A stretch of DNA of 64,000 nucleotides, from positions 496,001-560,000 of the forward strand of contig JAPEUD010000003.1 in the NCBI GenBank assembly GCA_026026165.1, in the 5' to 3' direction. The first letter of the stretch is position 1, and each line of letters starts with the position of its first letter. The notes under the pieces are model-generated. The model saw only the letters and a list, made by a program, of their open reading frames with translations, ran no database searches and had not been told where the DNA came from. Shown here piece after piece: positions 13,711-26,133 of this stretch. This stretch comes from Sarea resinae (taxonomy: Eukaryota). A program made the position numbers and the translations under genes.

Positions 13711-14926
13711 CTAGGCGACAGTACCAGCAGGGGCGGCGGCACCGACGGCGGAAAGGGGTACGCGCGCGGACTTGACGTCTTTGTCTTTGGCGCCCTTGGG
13801 GGACGCGGTGTCGGACTCGACGGCGGCTCGGGCTTCGGCTTCGGCGCTAGCTTGGATCTCGTGGTCGATGTCGTCCTGTGAGTAGATAAGTGGGTGAGTA
13901 GATGAGTGAGTGAATGAATGAATGAATGAATGAGTGAGCGGTTTCGGGCTTATGGGAGAAGGGAGGGGAGGGGGTGAAGAGAATGGTAGGTCCGAGGCGG
14001 AAGAGGATGGGACACATAAGGGGTAGGGGGCAGAGATAGACCGTACCTCGAATGCCTGGGGCAAGTACGCGGGACCGTCGCCCGTGAGTTTGACCTCCGG
14101 GTCCGAACGGGCCACTTTGCGGGCTTCGTCCCATGCGTACCAGCGCTCTGTCAGGGCGTGCTTGATGGCGCGTTGGGTCTCTCGGACCTGTGGTTTGGTC
14201 GGGGGATCACGGGTTAGCGTTCTTCATGAGACGGAAAGCGTAGGGAAAAAGAGAGAGAAAGAAAGGGGGGGTTAGCTCGTACGACTTTGTCCCTCTCCTG
14301 GGCCTCCCATTCTCCGTAGCCGGCCTTGAGCCTCTCGCGCTCCTTGTCGGACGTGGCGATGCGGTTCCGCTCCTTGGCGCACGTCCACCAGAGGCTATGG
14401 AGGTCTTCCCAGGACTTGCCGCGGAGCTCCTCGACGGACCAAGAGCGGCCTATATCGAACTTTCCATCAGTCTTCCGTCTACAAGAGAGAATGGCAAGCG
14501 ATGGCCCATTGTGAAGAGAGGGAACGAACCAAAGGCGAACAGTTCCTCGGGCGTGCTCAAGGCCGTTCTCGCCTTGCCGAAGAATTGCCAGAGACCGTGG
14601 TTCTCGTCCACGGGCACTTTGGAGCGCTTGCTCGGGTCCAGGGCCACGGGCTGCGGGAGCGGCTCTTTGGACACAGAGAGCGGGTGGCGGGGCCCCGTGC
14701 GGCGGAGGGCGGACACGCCTCGATTCCGGTTGGTATCGCGCGGGAAGGCGGCGGATGGCGAGGTCGAGAAGCGCGAGGTCTGCTGCGTTGATGCTGGGGT
14801 TGGGGCTGCGACGGACAGGCTCGGCGTGTGCACGGAGAAGAGCGAGGGGATGAGGTAGATTGGAGGCGAATCGAGGAGGTGGGAGCGGGTGGGTTTGAGG
14901 GTACGGGTGACGGTCGGTAGGGACAT
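13711..14926 (-). CDS. MRPL4: Mitochondrial large-subunit ribosomal protein uL29m (54S L4, MRP-L47 family)
   Basis: Presequence-like N-terminus, RDTNRNRGVSALRRTG, HGLWQFF, GRSWSVEELRGKSWEDLHSLWWTCAKERNRIAT, TQRAIKHALTERWYAW; three introns. Confidence 0.9.
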
Positions 14927-15547
14927 CGTGATGGTGACGGCGATGGCGATGGCGATGGCGATGGCGATGGGAATCAAATGGATGGCCGTCAATGGCCTTG
15001 GTGGTGCTGAGGTTGAAGCTGTCTCGATGTCTCGATGTCTCGATGTCTCGAATTTTTGGTCGGTGATATGCTCCGTACCGTACCTAGGTAGCTAGGTAGG
15101 GGAGCAGGTACTTGATTGACCGGCGAACTCGCAATGGTTATTCAAGTACCATGTAAGCGAGAGTCCGATCATCCCAGTTGTCTAAAGGCACAGAGACAGA
15201 GACAGAGAGAGAGAGAAAGAGAAAGGATGGGATAGGGCTATTCCAATCTCATGCCACGAAGGACGGCTGTATATGAATAATTGAATGCAAACATGCAAAA
15301 TAACAATATCAGTAACAATATCACGAACTTGTGTACGACAGGATAGCGTGGTGCAGCCCCAGTTCGCTTTCTCTTTTACCGCGTACCCTTCACCTTATGA
15401 CGCTGCCGAGCGAGTCACTGAGTTCATTGCGCTTTCCTCCGATGAACACCGATATTGGAAGTAGAATTCATAGACTGCTCCTTCCCTCTGAGAAGAGGAT
15501 TCTTATATTGCAAATCCACATCTTCTTTCAAGAACAAGACATCAAAT

Positions 15548-15635
15548 GGTCGTATGGCTCAGTTGGTTAGAGCATCGTGCTAATATTCCTAAAATGTTAA
15601 CGCGAGGGTCCTGGGTTCGACCCCCAGTATGACCA
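15548..15635 (+). tRNA. tRNA-Ile(AAT) with 14-nt intron (15586-15599)
   Basis: Acceptor GGTCGTA/TATGACC, D arm GCTC..GAGC, anticodon stem TCGTG/CGCGA with CT-AAT-A, T arm CTGGG-TTCGACC-CCCAG, downstream T-tracts (Pol III terminator). Confidence 0.93.
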
Positions 15636-16075
15636 CAGTCTTAATTACACTTCTTTTATTTTTGTTATTTTTTGGACTTGCCTCCGCCCCGCTCTCGCAC
15701 TGTGACAGGAAACCCTATCCTATCATTTTCCGAATACTTCGGTGAGAGAAGTGTCATATGTCTCGATATACGCATGACCTTTCTTCAACGCTACGTTGGC
15801 GTTGGAATCTGCTCTCAGCGCATAGACGGGATTCATTTCATGATCACTGGTGCTTACGTCACATTTGGGAACAAGCACAGTCAGGGGTATTACTATACGC
15901 AAGTCAAGCTTTTCTACCAAGCCGCATAACGGCTATTTGGATTACTATGCCTCGAGGCCCTTGCCGTCATTACGACAGATACACAGTGATCGAACTCCGG
16001 TATTCAACCCACCCGGGCATGCCCTTACGGTTTCAGAACAGCAAAGGAGCAAAAAGTCAGTGACGGAAGGAACAT

Positions 16076-18469
16076 TCAGACCGAGCTCAGAGGCCGGCTT
16101 CTCGAATCCAAGCTGTCGTACTGGAGGAGGAATTCTCGCTGTTGGAAGATTAGGGAAGCTCTGGTTTTGGAAATCAAGAGAAGATGCTTACCCGTGTCCG
16201 TTGCCACGTTTGAGGATCGAAGAAAATGTAAAAGCCCCTCTCCTCGTTCGGTCCAAGCTGTACCGGATCGTAGTTTAGATCCTTCGTCAGCCACTGCTTT
16301 TGCTCTTTGTGGTATCTCCAATTCCGGTTGGTCCTAAAGAAATTAGCGCTGCCAAAGGCGAGAACGAATTGCACTCACAGCTCGGCCGCAACGACTTCCT
16401 GCATCATGTCCCTCGGCATGCTATAAAAAATATAGAATAACGTCTCGTCCGAGAAGCTATTGACTTTGGATTGTAGAGGATGAACATTTTGAATGTGATA
16501 GCAGGATGGGAGCGAAAAGTCCGGCTCCACAGGTCGCGATGTACCGTCCGCAAAGGGAGAGGAGAAAGTTGGATACAATGGGCTATTCCTAAACAATTAA
16601 CGAGTATAATGATTTTCTCGAAAGCGTGCTTACTCTGGTTGGTTAAGATCCAGTCCCAGCTGGGTCAGATCTTGGCCGACGGTCAGGCTTGCCAGGTCAT
16701 TGCTCTCATGGCGTATCATTGCGAGTAACCCAGCGAGGCCGAATCTATCCAGCTCGCTCATCTGAGAAAGTGGCATCTGATCCGGTGTTTGCACTTGTCT
16801 AGGAGAATCGACGGTCTCACCTCCAAATAGGGAATGTTGAGGCTGCTGTGGGGGTTGCGTAGATTGCGGTTGGTCAGGGAAAGAGCCCGGCTTGCCAGGC
16901 ATTTGCGAGGATGATTGGGGATTAGAGAGCATTTGCACATTAGCGCTACCATTCCGTAGACGAGCATTGTTCTAGACTTGTCAGCTAATGTACTGTGAGC
17001 GGAGCGACTCAGCTCACCGCTTGGTCCTGCTCAGAGAATCCATTCTGCCGAGAGCTCTCCAATGGTGATCGGGACGACGAAAGTGCTAGCAAGAATCAGC
17101 TCAAGCATTTCCATTAGATGTCCCATAACATACCCCCAGAACCTAGCCCTGTGGGAGGCAAAACCCTGTCAACACTCCTTGTATCCTGTTGCCCGTTGAG
17201 GGCACTAAAAAGTCCGGCGCGACCTTGCATATTTTGTAGTTGACCCATATTGGAGCCAAACCCCGCATTGGAGCCTTGTCCACTAAAGGCTACATTCTGA
17301 ATCAGACCTCCGCGTCTATCTTGTCCAATATCTCCATTTGCGTTTCTGCCAAGTGGGGGGAATTCGTCAATGCTCGTAGTTTGCGGTTGTGTTCCTGAGA
17401 CTTGTCCACCCCCGCCTTGACCACCAAAACGGTAGTCATCGAGCCCATTCGTGAAATCTGATGCAGATGGAAACAAGTCATCCTGTTGCTGTTGAGACGA
17501 CTGTTGTTGAGATTGAGGAGGCGGTTGTTGTTGTGGTGGGGGTTGTTGTGGCTGCGGCTGTGATTGCTGCTGCTGTTGCTGCTGCGATGGTTGTTGTTGC
17601 TGCTGCTGCTGTTGAGTAGGTCGATGGTGTTGGGGCTGGGAGGATTGATTCTGCGAATTGCTTGGCTGTTGCAACGGGCGCTGTACAGGAGTATGCTGTG
17701 CCGCTCGTTGAGTCGCGTTGGCCCACACGGCTTGTGACGAGGTGTTTTGATGTTGAGGCTGGGCACCACCTGATAGAGATGGAAATTCGCTGAGATCAGA
17801 TAGATTAAGCGTCAACGCCAAAGTCATACGAGTCGATTGGGGAACAACAGGTCCACGACCCCATGCGCCAGCCTTTCTGGTCATTGCGAACTTGAAAAGA
17901 TGACTTACGAGAGATCAAGAGGTGTCGCGGGTTGTGAGTTTCCTATACTCTGGGCAAAACTTGTCAAGGCCGCACTGGTTGGTCGTGCCTGGGGATTTGG
18001 GAGTCCAGGTGCACTTCCCATGGGCACACCGAAACCCCAACTCGAGCCGCTTCCTGCCACAAACGGAAAGTCAGTATTTGTAGAATTGATATCTCGAGCA
18101 AGCATACCGAGCTTTCCGTTCGGCAGTCGCGCTGAGCCCATAGGTACATTTCGGCCTTGTGGAGGGTGTTGACCAGGAAAGCCAGGTATTCCTCGCAAGG
18201 GTTGGGGCCCAGGACCTATGTGAAGGTAATTATATTCATTAGTATAGCGCCGAAAGCTGAGCGGAAGGGGGCTGAGGGTATCGCATCCGAATCTCTTGAT
18301 CTTGAGATCCTCAGCTGAGTTCTGCGCTTCAAGCCAGATTAGATTGCCCCCGTCATGATCAATGGAGGTTGCAATTGACACCTGAGGTGAGCCGACACCT
18401 GCTGAGAATACAGGCCTTCTTGGGGCTTTCACTGAGGACAATGAGAGGTCACCAACCTGGACGATTCAT
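16076..18469 (-). CDS. NOT2: CCR4-NOT complex subunit Not2 (multi-exon)
   Basis: LDLSEFPSLS, Q-rich region, DRFGLAGLL, GQDLTQLGLDLN, FSDETLFYIFYSMPRD, NRNWRYHKEQKQWLTKD (NOT2/3/5 domain); start MNRPG at 18469. Confidence 0.9.
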
Positions 18470-19127
18470 GGCGCTGGAAGATGATGAGCTTCAAAACAAA
18501 AGCTTAGTGTTGTGAAAAAAGTGCTCTTTCAGTTGATGGAGCAGTTGAAATTGTATTTCGAAGTAGAAGGCACGATGAGCATAGGTAGGTATGTAGCCGT
18601 ATCCGTTGGCGTACGGTAGCTGCGTTCGCGATTGCAGATGAGAACATGGAGGTTGTAACTCTGTACTGATCGCCATTCCTTCTTGAATAGGAAAAGGCTA
18701 CGATGACATTACAGAGCCGCACTAGAGAGAGCCTCTGCCCCTCCACACATTATTACCTACTAGGTACTAACCTACCTTACCTTACGGTACCTTACACTTC
18801 CCTACTTTATTTATTCACTCTTCACTACAGATTAGAGGACATGCACTCAGTGGTCATTTTCTTTAAAAAGCTTCTAGTAGGTGTATCAATAAATGTCAGG
18901 TCATCTTGACGAAAGAATGAGGTATCTTGAAACTGGGAATGACAGGATGATCTTTCTCGCGTTCGCATGAGCCTGTATCGCTCTCAGGGAAATCTGTTCA
19001 ACTTTATTACCACGCCCGAGCTCAAAGCTATCGTCCCTGCTTGAGTATTCTCTGTAGTAAAAGCTAGCTCCCTAAGCAAACTCGATACCTTAAACACCAG
19101 CCATATCTGTCAGGCCCTTGACGACAA

Positions 19128-20233
19128 CTATCCCAAACCAATCCTTGCAGCCCAATCCTCCCAGCCCCCCAACCCCTTCAAACTCCTCCATCCCACCTCC
19201 ACAGGTCCAGCGTATACCCCTCCCTCTAATCCTACAGCCCTGAGAATGCACCAGCCCACCGCCACCCGAGCGACCGCCCCCGCACCTGCTAATCCGGCCG
19301 CAGCAGGATAACCGCAATCCAGTAGTATCTTCAGCGCCTCGACGTTGTTGACCACGACAGCCCATCCGACACTTTTGGCGGCAGCGGGGACGTCGTATTC
19401 CCAGATGACCATCAATATTGGAAAAAGCTTCGTGCAGGACGAGACTAACAGGGCGGTGGAGACCGAGTTGGGGCGGGAATGGTGCAGGAGGTGAGTAGAG
19501 AGAAGGCGGATAGTGAAGTGAAAAGTTAGAGATTCGGTCAGACACAAAAAGAGGAAGAAGAGGTATTGCAAGAGGATGGGGTGGGTGGAGAGCGGGTTTG
19601 GTTGCTCGTATGTGGAGCGGGACAGCATTGGGGGGTTGGTGCTAGACGGTGTGGTATGTGAAGAGGGGGGGAAGGGTGAAGTGGGCGATTGACGTTCGAT
19701 GCGTGCCCAGGTTAGGTAGACATCGAAGAGCAGGAGAAGGATGCCCAGGCGTATTATAGAGCGCTATTAGATTGAAAAGAGTCAGCTCGGTCCTTCCTTC
19801 CCTTCTTTGGCTCTTGGCAGAAAAGATGGGGAGGTGGAAGAGAGAATATAGAACAACAGGAGCAGCGAAAGAGCAGACGGCTTACATCAAATGTATCATC
19901 CTCCCTACCAAGTCGATTGAATAATAAATGTCTGTAGACCTAGATATCCGAATCCATCAGTACACTTCACTTCGAGCTTTTTTCTTCTGCCCCGCCTGTT
20001 GCCCATTCCTTTTCTATCTCGAAATACCTATTCTACTTACTCACCTGAGGCTTAATAAGCACGAGGTCGATGAATAGCACCACGAAGTCATGCTCGACAT
20101 ATTTGTCGGCGAAGCGCTTGCAGCGCGGACATTGCGTTAGGCGCACGCCCTTGCCGAGAGACTGGTCGTCTGCTTTGCTATAGGTTGTGTAGAGCTGGTG
20201 GACCGGATAGCGGCATTCGATACAGATGGGCAT
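19128..20233 (-). CDS. ARV1: Sterol homeostasis protein Arv1
   Basis: MPICIECRYPV..RLTQCPRCKRFADKYVEHDFVVLFIDLVLIKPQ/VYRHLLFNRL zinc-ribbon AHD; ALLVSSCTKLFPILMVIWEYD; two introns. Confidence 0.92.
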
Positions 20234-20970
20234 TGCGAGGGTCACATTGTGCGCAGCGAGGTGATCATGAATTCATTGAATGGGTAGTGAGGTAAGGCAG
20301 ATGGCGATATTGGTGGTGGCAGTGATGGTTGTTTGGAGCAGCTTCATGGTACGAGGTACATGTATGATCGTGATGTAGGTACAGAGTTACTTCGCACATG
20401 GTGACTTCCATTGTGATGTCAGTCAATACTTGGTCATGGGCGTTTTGTGACAGGCGCCCTGGAGAGTATCCCAGCCAGTACCTAAGGTACCGTAAGGTAA
20501 GGTGCCTAGGTGTTGTACTGAATTGCAATGAATTGCAACAATTAGCAAGCTCCCAAACTTCGTGTCTATCTACAGGCGTCATCTAGCACTCGAGGATACT
20601 TTGCATGTTCTTGTCACAGAATTGAACAGGAGAAGTCCGCTGCTTGATTTATGTTGATCTGATTTTACATCATAAGAGAGTGAGGTCATAACAGCATGTT
20701 CTCCCTTTCTCACTTGATCCGGTGTAGAATAAGGACTGAAAGCTCAATCGCTGGTCTATGTAGAAGCCTCTTCAGGTGGAGCCGAGAGACATCGACAACC
20801 CATCTCGGGAAGGGAAACCCGTTCGCAGACAGGAAAGGAAAATAAGCCCTCCATGCTTCTCGCCTAAAAGAACTCGTGCCAGAGGACGCCACCAGAAGAG
20901 AAAGGAAAGCCATTCATCATCAAGGAAATAGAAGCCAACATTCGTCATCATCTTTTTGGGTGTGCTTTGT

Positions 20971-22431
20971 TCATGCCGCGCCAGCAGTGGCAACGGGTTC
21001 GGCAATCTTAGTGACTTGATTACCGGCGCGAATGATTGGTTGGCCCATGTCGTCCTTGACGAATTGGACGTCCTTGTTCTCCCTCTGGGCGCGCTTCCAG
21101 ATCTCGACCTCACATCCTCCACGGATAACGCCGACGCGCATGGTGGACAATAGGTTGTGGGCAGCGTTGGTGTGGTTGTAGACACCGCCGTTGAACATGG
21201 CGGTGGCATCCTTTCCGATGCCGGACTTGATCATGGCTCTGCCACCCGGGTGATCTTGAATGAAAGCTGATACGTCGTGGACCACGCCCGCGACAGCAAT
21301 CAAACCTCGACCATTCTTAGCTTGCTCCTGGTAGTCTTCCCATTCCATGACTGGCAGTTGATCAAGTGGGACACCCCAGTCAAGCTGAGCACGCTTCTGA
21401 TCAAGCTTCTTCTGCTGCTGTTGGAGCCGACCCTTGTCGATTTCGTTTTGGCGGAACTGCTTCAGATCATAGGCGAGACCAACTTGCTTCCAGGCCCAGA
21501 TGCACCATTTGGTGGGATCGTATTGGAACCATCGAATGGCGTTGCGGTAATCCGAGGGAAACTCGTGATGGAAGTTATGATAGCCCTCGCCGAGTGTGAA
21601 GAAAGCAGTAAGAACATGGTCACGCGGAGAGTTGCGGTCATCGAAAGGCTGTTCTCCGATCCAGTGGGCCAGCGAGTTGATGCAGAAAGTGGCTTGCTGC
21701 ACAACAAAGATACGAAGAATACCGGCATAGATGAAGCCACCGAACCAGTCGTTCCAGCCCAGCCCACACACCATCATAGGAAAGACCAAACCCATCGTGA
21801 TGACAACTTTGAGGTAGTGGCGATGTTGCCAGACGACCAGAGGGTCCTCGTTGAGATCGGTGATGTCCGTACGGCCAATTCGCTTGGGATTTTGCTTCAT
21901 GATCATCCAGCCGATGTGGGAGTAGATCAATCCCTTGCGGACAGAGTAGGGATCTTTTTCGGTGTCGGTGTAGCGATGATGGGCGCGGTGATCCCTCGAC
22001 CACCATCGGATGGAGCCTTCGACGGCACCACCACCGACAGCGGCAAGGAAGATCTGAAGCGGCAGGGTGGCCTTGTAGGAAGTATGTGCCCAAAGTCGAT
22101 GGTAGCCTGTTACTGTCAGTGTATACTCAAAAGTTCCAAGATATCTGTTCCACTCACCAGCTGTGATTCCCAGACCGGTGCAAAAGTAGTAAATGAACGC
22201 AAAGAGGGCGGTCTTCCATTGCAGAGGAGTCCAGATAGCTTGAACCATGCCGTAAATGGGAATGCCAATGATCAACGTGACATTCAACCAGTTGATATGC
22301 TTGTACCAGTTGGCGCTGGTCATGGGCAGCTCCGTGATGTGAGGCTTCGTCGGATCATATTTCTTGTTGCGGTTGGGTTCCGACTTGCTCGCCATGCTGG
22401 GAGCCTTTGAGGAGTTGGATGGAGGTGCCAT
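20971..22431 (-). CDS. OLE1: Acyl-CoA delta-9 desaturase with fused cytochrome b5
   Basis: His boxes HRLWAH, HRAHH, HNFHH; b5 motif HPGG; 51-nt intron 22107-22157. Confidence 0.97.
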   Translation of the reverse strand: MAPPSNSSKAPSMASKSEPNRNKKYDPTKPHITELPMTSANWYKHINWLNVTLIIGIPIYGMVQAIWTPLQWKTALFAFIYYFCTGLGITAGEWNRYLGTFEYTLTVTGYHRLWAHTSYKATLPLQIFLAAVGGGAVEGSIRWWSRDHRAHHRYTDTEKDPYSVRKGLIYSHIGWMIMKQNPKRIGRTDITDLNEDPLVVWQHRHYLKVVITMGLVFPMMVCGLGWNDWFGGFIYAGILRIFVVQQATFCINSLAHWIGEQPFDDRNSPRDHVLTAFFTLGEGYHNFHHEFPSDYRNAIRWFQYDPTKWCIWAWKQVGLAYDLKQFRQNEIDKGRLQQQQKKLDQKRAQLDWGVPLDQLPVMEWEDYQEQAKNGRGLIAVAGVVHDVSAFIQDHPGGRAMIKSGIGKDATAMFNGGVYNHTNAAHNLLSTMRVGVIRGGCEVEIWKRAQRENKDVQFVKDDMGQPIIRAGNQVTKIAEPVATAGAA

Positions 22432-25400
22432 GATGACCGAGCTGTTGGAATTGGAAAGAGAGAACGAATTCCACGCTGGAGGAGAAAGGAAGAAGGATGT
22501 AGGAGGGAGTGACTTTTATTCTTGAGAAGAGGAAGGTTGGGGGTGTGGGGTGATTGTGTCCCAATGCTCGGAGTCCCAACGAGAGGGTACAGAATGCAAA
22601 GTGCGCAGAGTGTAAGCTGCCAGGGCAGCGCACACACACGGCCGGGCACACAGGAGAGACTTGCCGCAAAGAAGCAAGGGCTCTGTGTCTTTGGGGTGAA
22701 TCCCAGACGGGCGAGTGGCGGGAATGGAGTCGTCAGAGAGATTTAGTTGACTGCTCCCAGCACGAAGATGCTCGTTGCTACACCGAAGATAGATAGTCAC
22801 CACAGGCTAAGGTGTGAATTTTGCCTCGGGATGTACTCTCACCACCTTACCTAACCTTACCTACCTTACTGTGGTACTAACGGAGTACTATGTATGCAGG
22901 ATGACTGATGTATCAATGATGTGTGGAAGGTGAAGGTGAAGGTGTGGAGGGTGGAGGGTGGAGCATGGATCCATGTTATGCCTGGATTGAGCTGATCAAG
23001 TTATTCATCCATATGCTTCTTCGTGCCCGCACGGAGTACCCTGTACATGGTCATCATTACCAGTGTCAGCCATGGCTGGAGTACTGTCAGACCGAATAGA
23101 GTACTCCATACTGCAGCCCTGGAGGTGAGTGAGTACGAGTAGCGGAGGAGACTGTTGCAATCGAGCTCCATTCACCAAAATTCCGTTGAGCCCTCGTCTC
23201 TCAACATTCGCTCACTGCCTGGGGTAAGCGAGCTTAGAGGTTGGAGGAAGCCAATCAGCGACTGATCATCGTCCATCTGAACCCTGACTAACTCGGAGTA
23301 CGTCTGTGAGACGGCGAGAGTTGTGTGGCGAGCCCGCGTCGGTACTTTCCGCCATCACCTGAGAAGTACCTGTCCGTCCAAACCAGCGGGAGAGGTACTG
23401 TTCGGAGTCGTGTCCGGGGTATTCGTCCTGACCGGAGACTTGCACACCACTACGCTGACCGTGCCTGACGCTTGTTTGATGGCGCTTCCAATCGATGCAT
23501 CGTTCGGCGAGCTGGAGTACAGAGTACGAGCACGGGTGTCCGTTGCTTGCTTATCTAAGGGCCTGTTTGCCTATCGTACTCCAGCTATCTGACAAGAAAC
23601 GCATCGAGATCAAGAGTGGAAGCTGGCAATCATCAGAATAGCATTGACCTCCCTTGCTGTCACATGTGCCTGTCTTTGCTCCTCTCCACTTCTGTCTTCC
23701 ATCGCTCAACGAGGAAGGGATTGGAAGGCAGAAACTCCAGTTGCATACCTCTTACTCGATGAACTCGAAGCCTCTTGGCATACGGTGACCTGGCAGATAG
23801 GTCGAACCGAGCTCCGAGCGGGCGCTAGACGTCTGATCACTACGCCTTTAGGTCAGCCTACGCCCAACCACTTGGAAGTACTCCGACTATCAGTTTCCAG
23901 ATCGTCCATTTCCTTGTACGGTTCGGCACGCCACCTCGCTCGCTCTCTGTACGGATACTTGACGGATTCTTCGATGCCGGGAACTCGGAATTGCGGAGAA
24001 AAGAAGACGAAAAAGTCGTTCACCGCCATGCAGTTCCTCGGTGCCTTAGGTGGCGGAGGCAGCGCGGGCCGTTGGTTTGGGTTTGACCGCCGTATGGCCG
24101 TCCCAACGAAGGTCGTTCACGCTGCTCTACAGTAATTCTCGAGCCCTGCCGAGGCCTCCGAGTACTGTTGGCCAGACGTCGTCTGTCAGATCAGATCAGA
24201 TATTCGGAGCACAGGGGATGATGTGGCCTCATTGTAGTCAAAGGGCTGTTGAATCTCTACTAAGCGTTGCTGTATCCTTATTTGGTTGTCTTGATTTGTT
24301 GAATCCATGATTATCTGACTAGGTAGGTGCTCGATGAGGCTATTCATACTCATGGAGCGTCATCCGGTCCTGGGATGCCAGTAGGGAGGGAGAAAGATGA
24401 AATGGCTCTAGATATGTCTACTCCGGAGTACAGTTTTATATAAGTGTACATATATCTATCTTATCACCTCATCACCTCTTTACTCTAATGATGGCACAAG
24501 TCGTCACAGGGAACAGGGCTTTTTGCGGGGAGTCGCTCATCATCCGAGTCGGTGCCCTGGCGATCTCCTCTTCGCCAATCTCAGCAATCAGGTCAGACAG
24601 CATACTAGCGGCTCACGAACGTGCATCAATCTCACCTCGAGGTCTTGATTGGAGATTCGCATGACGATGATAGTCTATGTGTTAGGTTGTGAACTATACT
24701 CATACCCTTCTTTCCTCTCTGAAACGCGGGTTTACATCGACTGCGCTGAGCCTCAAAAGGAAAATCGAGCCTTTTCACATTCGAGAATCTTCGTGAAATG
24801 GATAACTTGACTCAAACCTCCAGAGGACTAAGGTCGATGATTGGCTGATTCGATGAAGAGCCTAATCATCCTGCCTGAACGCGACTGATGTTGAGCGAGG
24901 ACTCACGAGGGTCCAGATACAAGCGTCTCTGGGACTTCCATACGCATACCAAGTTGTTCAGTGAATCCGAAAATGCATTGATTTTACAGTTGTTCGCTTT
25001 ATCAGCAACCGGAAACTTGAGAGCAAGGCCTGGGGTATCAATCGATACAAATTGGGAATCGTTTCAGCATGCCCAGCTCACTTTGCATTGCCCATGCTTA
25101 GAGCATCATTTTCCCAAGGCCTTAGGTAGGCAGGACGCCAATTACTCGATGCTTATACATAAATCCGATAGATTGCCCAACGTCAAGAGATCCTCGCATC
25201 GTCGTCAGCTTGCGAGACTCGCGCGGTTCCGGACGAGATGTGGAATCCATTTTCCCGACAATAGACATGGAGCTCTCGAAAAGCTTGGGTAGAAGGGAGG
25301 AGATTGTCACTTCTCGAACGGTAATTCGAGCAATTACAAGTCGAAATTAGTCGTACTGCATACACACCTACCCGTCCGTCTCCGGACTCCACGCTCAAGC

Positions 25401-25499
25401 GGGCGGAAGAGACCCTGGGGCGAAGCCACTCTTGGCGGAAGCGTGGGTTTCGGAGTCCGCCTAACCCCCCCATCGGTCGCAGCGTCGCAGCCCGGCCAA

Positions 25500-25860
25500 T
25501 GATGTTGCCCTCCCCACCAAGAACACTTATCAGTTATCCATTGCTGTCTCGTGTTTACGGGGATGGGTATCTCTGATGTCCACCCAAACTACCTCCGATA
25601 CCGCCCAATTAGGTGACTGGATGATAAAGCTCTGCCTCACAAACCTATCATAGGCGTGCGACGCAGATGGCGGGCGCTGATTTCCGCCCTACAGTGCGGG
25701 ATCAATCTCACTTTTTTATCGGCAGGGTTCAGGATCGTGGGACCAGCCTAGAGCTTCTGACGCCGATGCCACATGTATGCGCCTTCAAAATTGATTCACA
25801 TAACTCTTGTTTTGCGCAGTCTTCGATCACCAAGAGTTATTATATATCTCTGTTCCTTTG
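25500..25860. promoter_or_regulatory. GATA (AreA-type) site cluster upstream of the purine permease
   Basis: Several GATA/TATC cores (CTTATCAGTTATC ~25526, TGATAA ~25622, CTATCA, TTTATC ~25716). Fungal purine permease genes are known AreA targets; function here is inferred. Confidence 0.45.
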
Positions 25861-26133
25861 GCTTCTTCGATTTTGATCATCCTCATTATACCATCCTGCG
25901 CTAGCAGATCCATTGGCTTTCGCGCCTTGCCTCCGTTGTCTCTATTTCATTCAAAGTAAAGCGAAGCCGACGCATCCCATGCGATACCAGTCTAATCGAG
26001 CCCACAATTGGAGAACTACCATCGATTATTAGCTCATTGAAGCTCAAGCGCATCGTCGGCTGTATATATAGTCGCAATCTCGAAACAGCGCACGTCCTTG
26101 AGGTTCCACCACCCTGAAAAGTGTACGTTCAAC

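Noticed and set aside
21277..22410. 377-aa antisense ORF over OLE1 (similar shadows lie over GVP36, the But2 gene and 12065-12904)
   Set aside because: Expected antisense shadow of GC3-biased coding sequence
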